Positions 62,915 through 64,000 of a stretch of 64,000 nt of DNA are shown here, in pieces. The notes beneath the pieces are model-generated. The model saw only the letters and a list, made by a program, of their open reading frames with translations, was not told the DNA's origin and made no database searches. Origin of the DNA: Rhodospirillaceae bacterium (GTDB lineage Bacteria; Pseudomonadota; Alphaproteobacteria; Bin65); NCBI GenBank assembly GCA_011523655.1, contig WTGH01000015.1, positions 4,661 through 68,660 on the forward strand, written 5' to 3'. The number at the start of each line of letters is the position of its first letter. The first letter of the stretch is position 1. Made by a program: the position numbers and the translations under genes.

Positions 62915-63712
62915 CTATCGGGGCTTGTCGGCGGCGAAGCGCAGGCGGACATAGTCTGCGGTCCAGACGCCGTCGGCGTCGCGCAGCGCCGGCTCGACCT
63001 CCCGCGCCACCTCCGCCTTGACGGCCTCGGCCTCGGCCGGCTCCAGCGCCGCCAGCCAGCTCTCCGCGAAGGTGTCGAGCCAGCCGCCCAGGTCGCCGGG
63101 CAGCCGCGTCAGCCGGTCGATCAGCCTGATGTCCCGCACCGCAAAGCCGACGCTTTCGAGCCGCACCCGGTATTCGTCGGGCTCCGGGAAATACCAGGGA
63201 TTGTAGAGGTCCGGGTCGAGGCCGCGGCGGCGGAAGGCGGCTTCGACCGCCCGGCGGATGCGCCCGACATTGTCGCCGCCGCCCATTTCGGCGACGAAGC
63301 GGCCGCCGGGCTTCAGCGCTTGCCAGACGCCGCGGATCACGGCATCGGGATCTTCGTCCATCCAGTGCAGCGCGGCGTTGGAGAAGACCGCGTCGAAGGC
63401 TTCCGCCGGCAGGTCGAGCCTCTGCCCGTCCATGACCCGGGCGTCGAGGCCGAGCGCCCGGGCGGCCTCGATCTGCGGCGCGCTGGCGTCGACGCCGGTC
63501 ACGTCGACGCCCATGTCCCGGAGCTTGAGCGTGAGCGCGCCGTCGCCGCAGCCCAGGTCGAGGATCTTCTCGCCGCTTTGCGGCGCCAGCAACTCGACGA
63601 CCGGCATCCCGAGATCGGCGACGAAGCGCGCCTGCCGGGCGTAGCGGTCCGGGTCCCAGCCCTGCTCGCCGGGCCGCGACCCGGACTCCATGGCGCGCTG
63701 CGCCTCGGTCAT
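62915..63712 (-). CDS. class I SAM-dependent methyltransferase (trans-aconitate methyltransferase-like)
   Basis: 265 aa. SAM motif ILDLGCGDG. ATGA overlap with the upstream gene stop. Confidence 0.8.
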   Translation of the reverse strand: MTEAQRAMESGSRPGEQGWDPDRYARQARFVADLGMPVVELLAPQSGEKILDLGCGDGALTLKLRDMGVDVTGVDASAPQIEAARALGLDARVMDGQRLDLPAEAFDAVFSNAALHWMDEDPDAVIRGVWQALKPGGRFVAEMGGGDNVGRIRRAVEAAFRRRGLDPDLYNPWYFPEPDEYRVRLESVGFAVRDIRLIDRLTRLPGDLGGWLDTFAESWLAALEPAEAEAVKAEVAREVEPALRDADGVWTADYVRLRFAADKPR

Positions 63713-64000
63713 TGGGCGTCCTCTTTCCCGGTCGCGCCGCCCTCGGCCCCGGGCGGCGGCTCGGCGAGCAGGAATATCGCGCGCGCCAGCAATTCTTCCA
63801 GCGCCAGCGCGTCGCGCGTTTTCGCAAGCGTATCGCCCGGCGCCAGGCGCCGCTCCGACACGCCGGGGACGAGCCGCAGATATTTGCCGCCGAGCAACCC
63901 GTCGCTGGTCACCGACGCCTCGGTGTCCGCCGGCAGAGCGAGGCCGGCGCGCACCGTGAAACTGATTTCTGCGCGATAGCTCTCGGGGTCGATCCGCTGG
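63709..64000 (-). CDS. mlaD: MlaD/MCE-domain protein, C-terminal part (gene continues beyond the window end)
   Basis: The translation ...SYRAEISFTVRAGLALPADTEASVTSDGLLGGKYLRLVPG... is typical of MlaD. The frame is open to the window edge. Confidence 0.6.
   Translation of the reverse strand, partial: QRIDPESYRAEISFTVRAGLALPADTEASVTSDGLLGGKYLRLVPGVSERRLAPGDTLAKTRDALALEELLARAIFLLAEPPPGAEGGATGKEDAQ

Noticed and set aside
61770-63827. 685-aa minus-strand ORF covering aat, DUF2155 and the methyltransferase
   Set aside because: It is antisense or out-of-frame to three genes with clear family signatures. Low-complexity Arg/Ala/Gly/Pro sequence.

Overview
This 64-kb window is chromosomal DNA from a high-G+C bacterium. 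The aroQ-accB-accC-aat-DUF2155 gene order and the dimeric-type NADP isocitrate dehydrogenase suggest an alphaproteobacterium, but that is an inference. No rRNA genes, intact tRNA genes or CRISPR arrays were seen. All calls come from reading the six-frame ORF track and the raw sequence by eye; no searches, folds or statistics were run.

The window falls into four parts.

(1) 1-9.3 kb is a visibly lower-G+C, single-strand block. It encodes an M20 deacylase, a ureohydrolase, a polar amino-acid ABC transporter, an orphan DUF1989 protein, an amidohydrolase and an amidase.

(2) 9.3-10.8 kb is a scar zone. It holds a hyuA/hyuB deletion relic, a frameshifted IS4-family transposase, and a 3'-half relic of a tRNA with a CAU (Met-type) anticodon.

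(3) 10.8-34 kb is a roughly 23-kb catabolic cluster and the most interesting part of the window. It encodes a TctCBA transporter and a GntR/FCD regulator. It also contains two differently ordered triads of hydantoinase/oxoprolinase-family HyuA and HyuB plus a class-III aminotransferase. These triads flank a SelA-like PLP enzyme, a class-V aminotransferase, an aldehyde dehydrogenase, RidA and a NitT/TauT-type ABC transporter. The gene logic resembles ATP-dependent lactam opening followed by omega-transamination and aldehyde oxidation, but the substrate is unknown. The cluster ends at a 1.2-kb gene-poor, lower-G+C spacer carrying a second tRNA 3'-half relic in the same orientation as the first.

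(4) 34.9-64 kb is mostly housekeeping or mixed-function DNA. It contains:
- a DsbD/ScsB-like protein with a periplasmic thioredoxin-like partner;
- a TRAP transporter with an embedded MetE-fold protein;
- an acyl-CoA ligase and hpt, then icd, LOG and cytochrome c';
- a glutamine-synthetase-like gene with Rieske dioxygenase alpha and beta subunits (an aniline-dioxygenase-like arrangement);
- an extradiol dioxygenase, gor, aroQ, accBC, aat and a partial mlaD.

Two families of long imperfect-palindromic intergenic mosaic repeats (three copies each) are scattered through 34.8-59.2 kb.

Many long ORFs in the track are antisense or out-of-frame artefacts of high-G+C DNA and were rejected.
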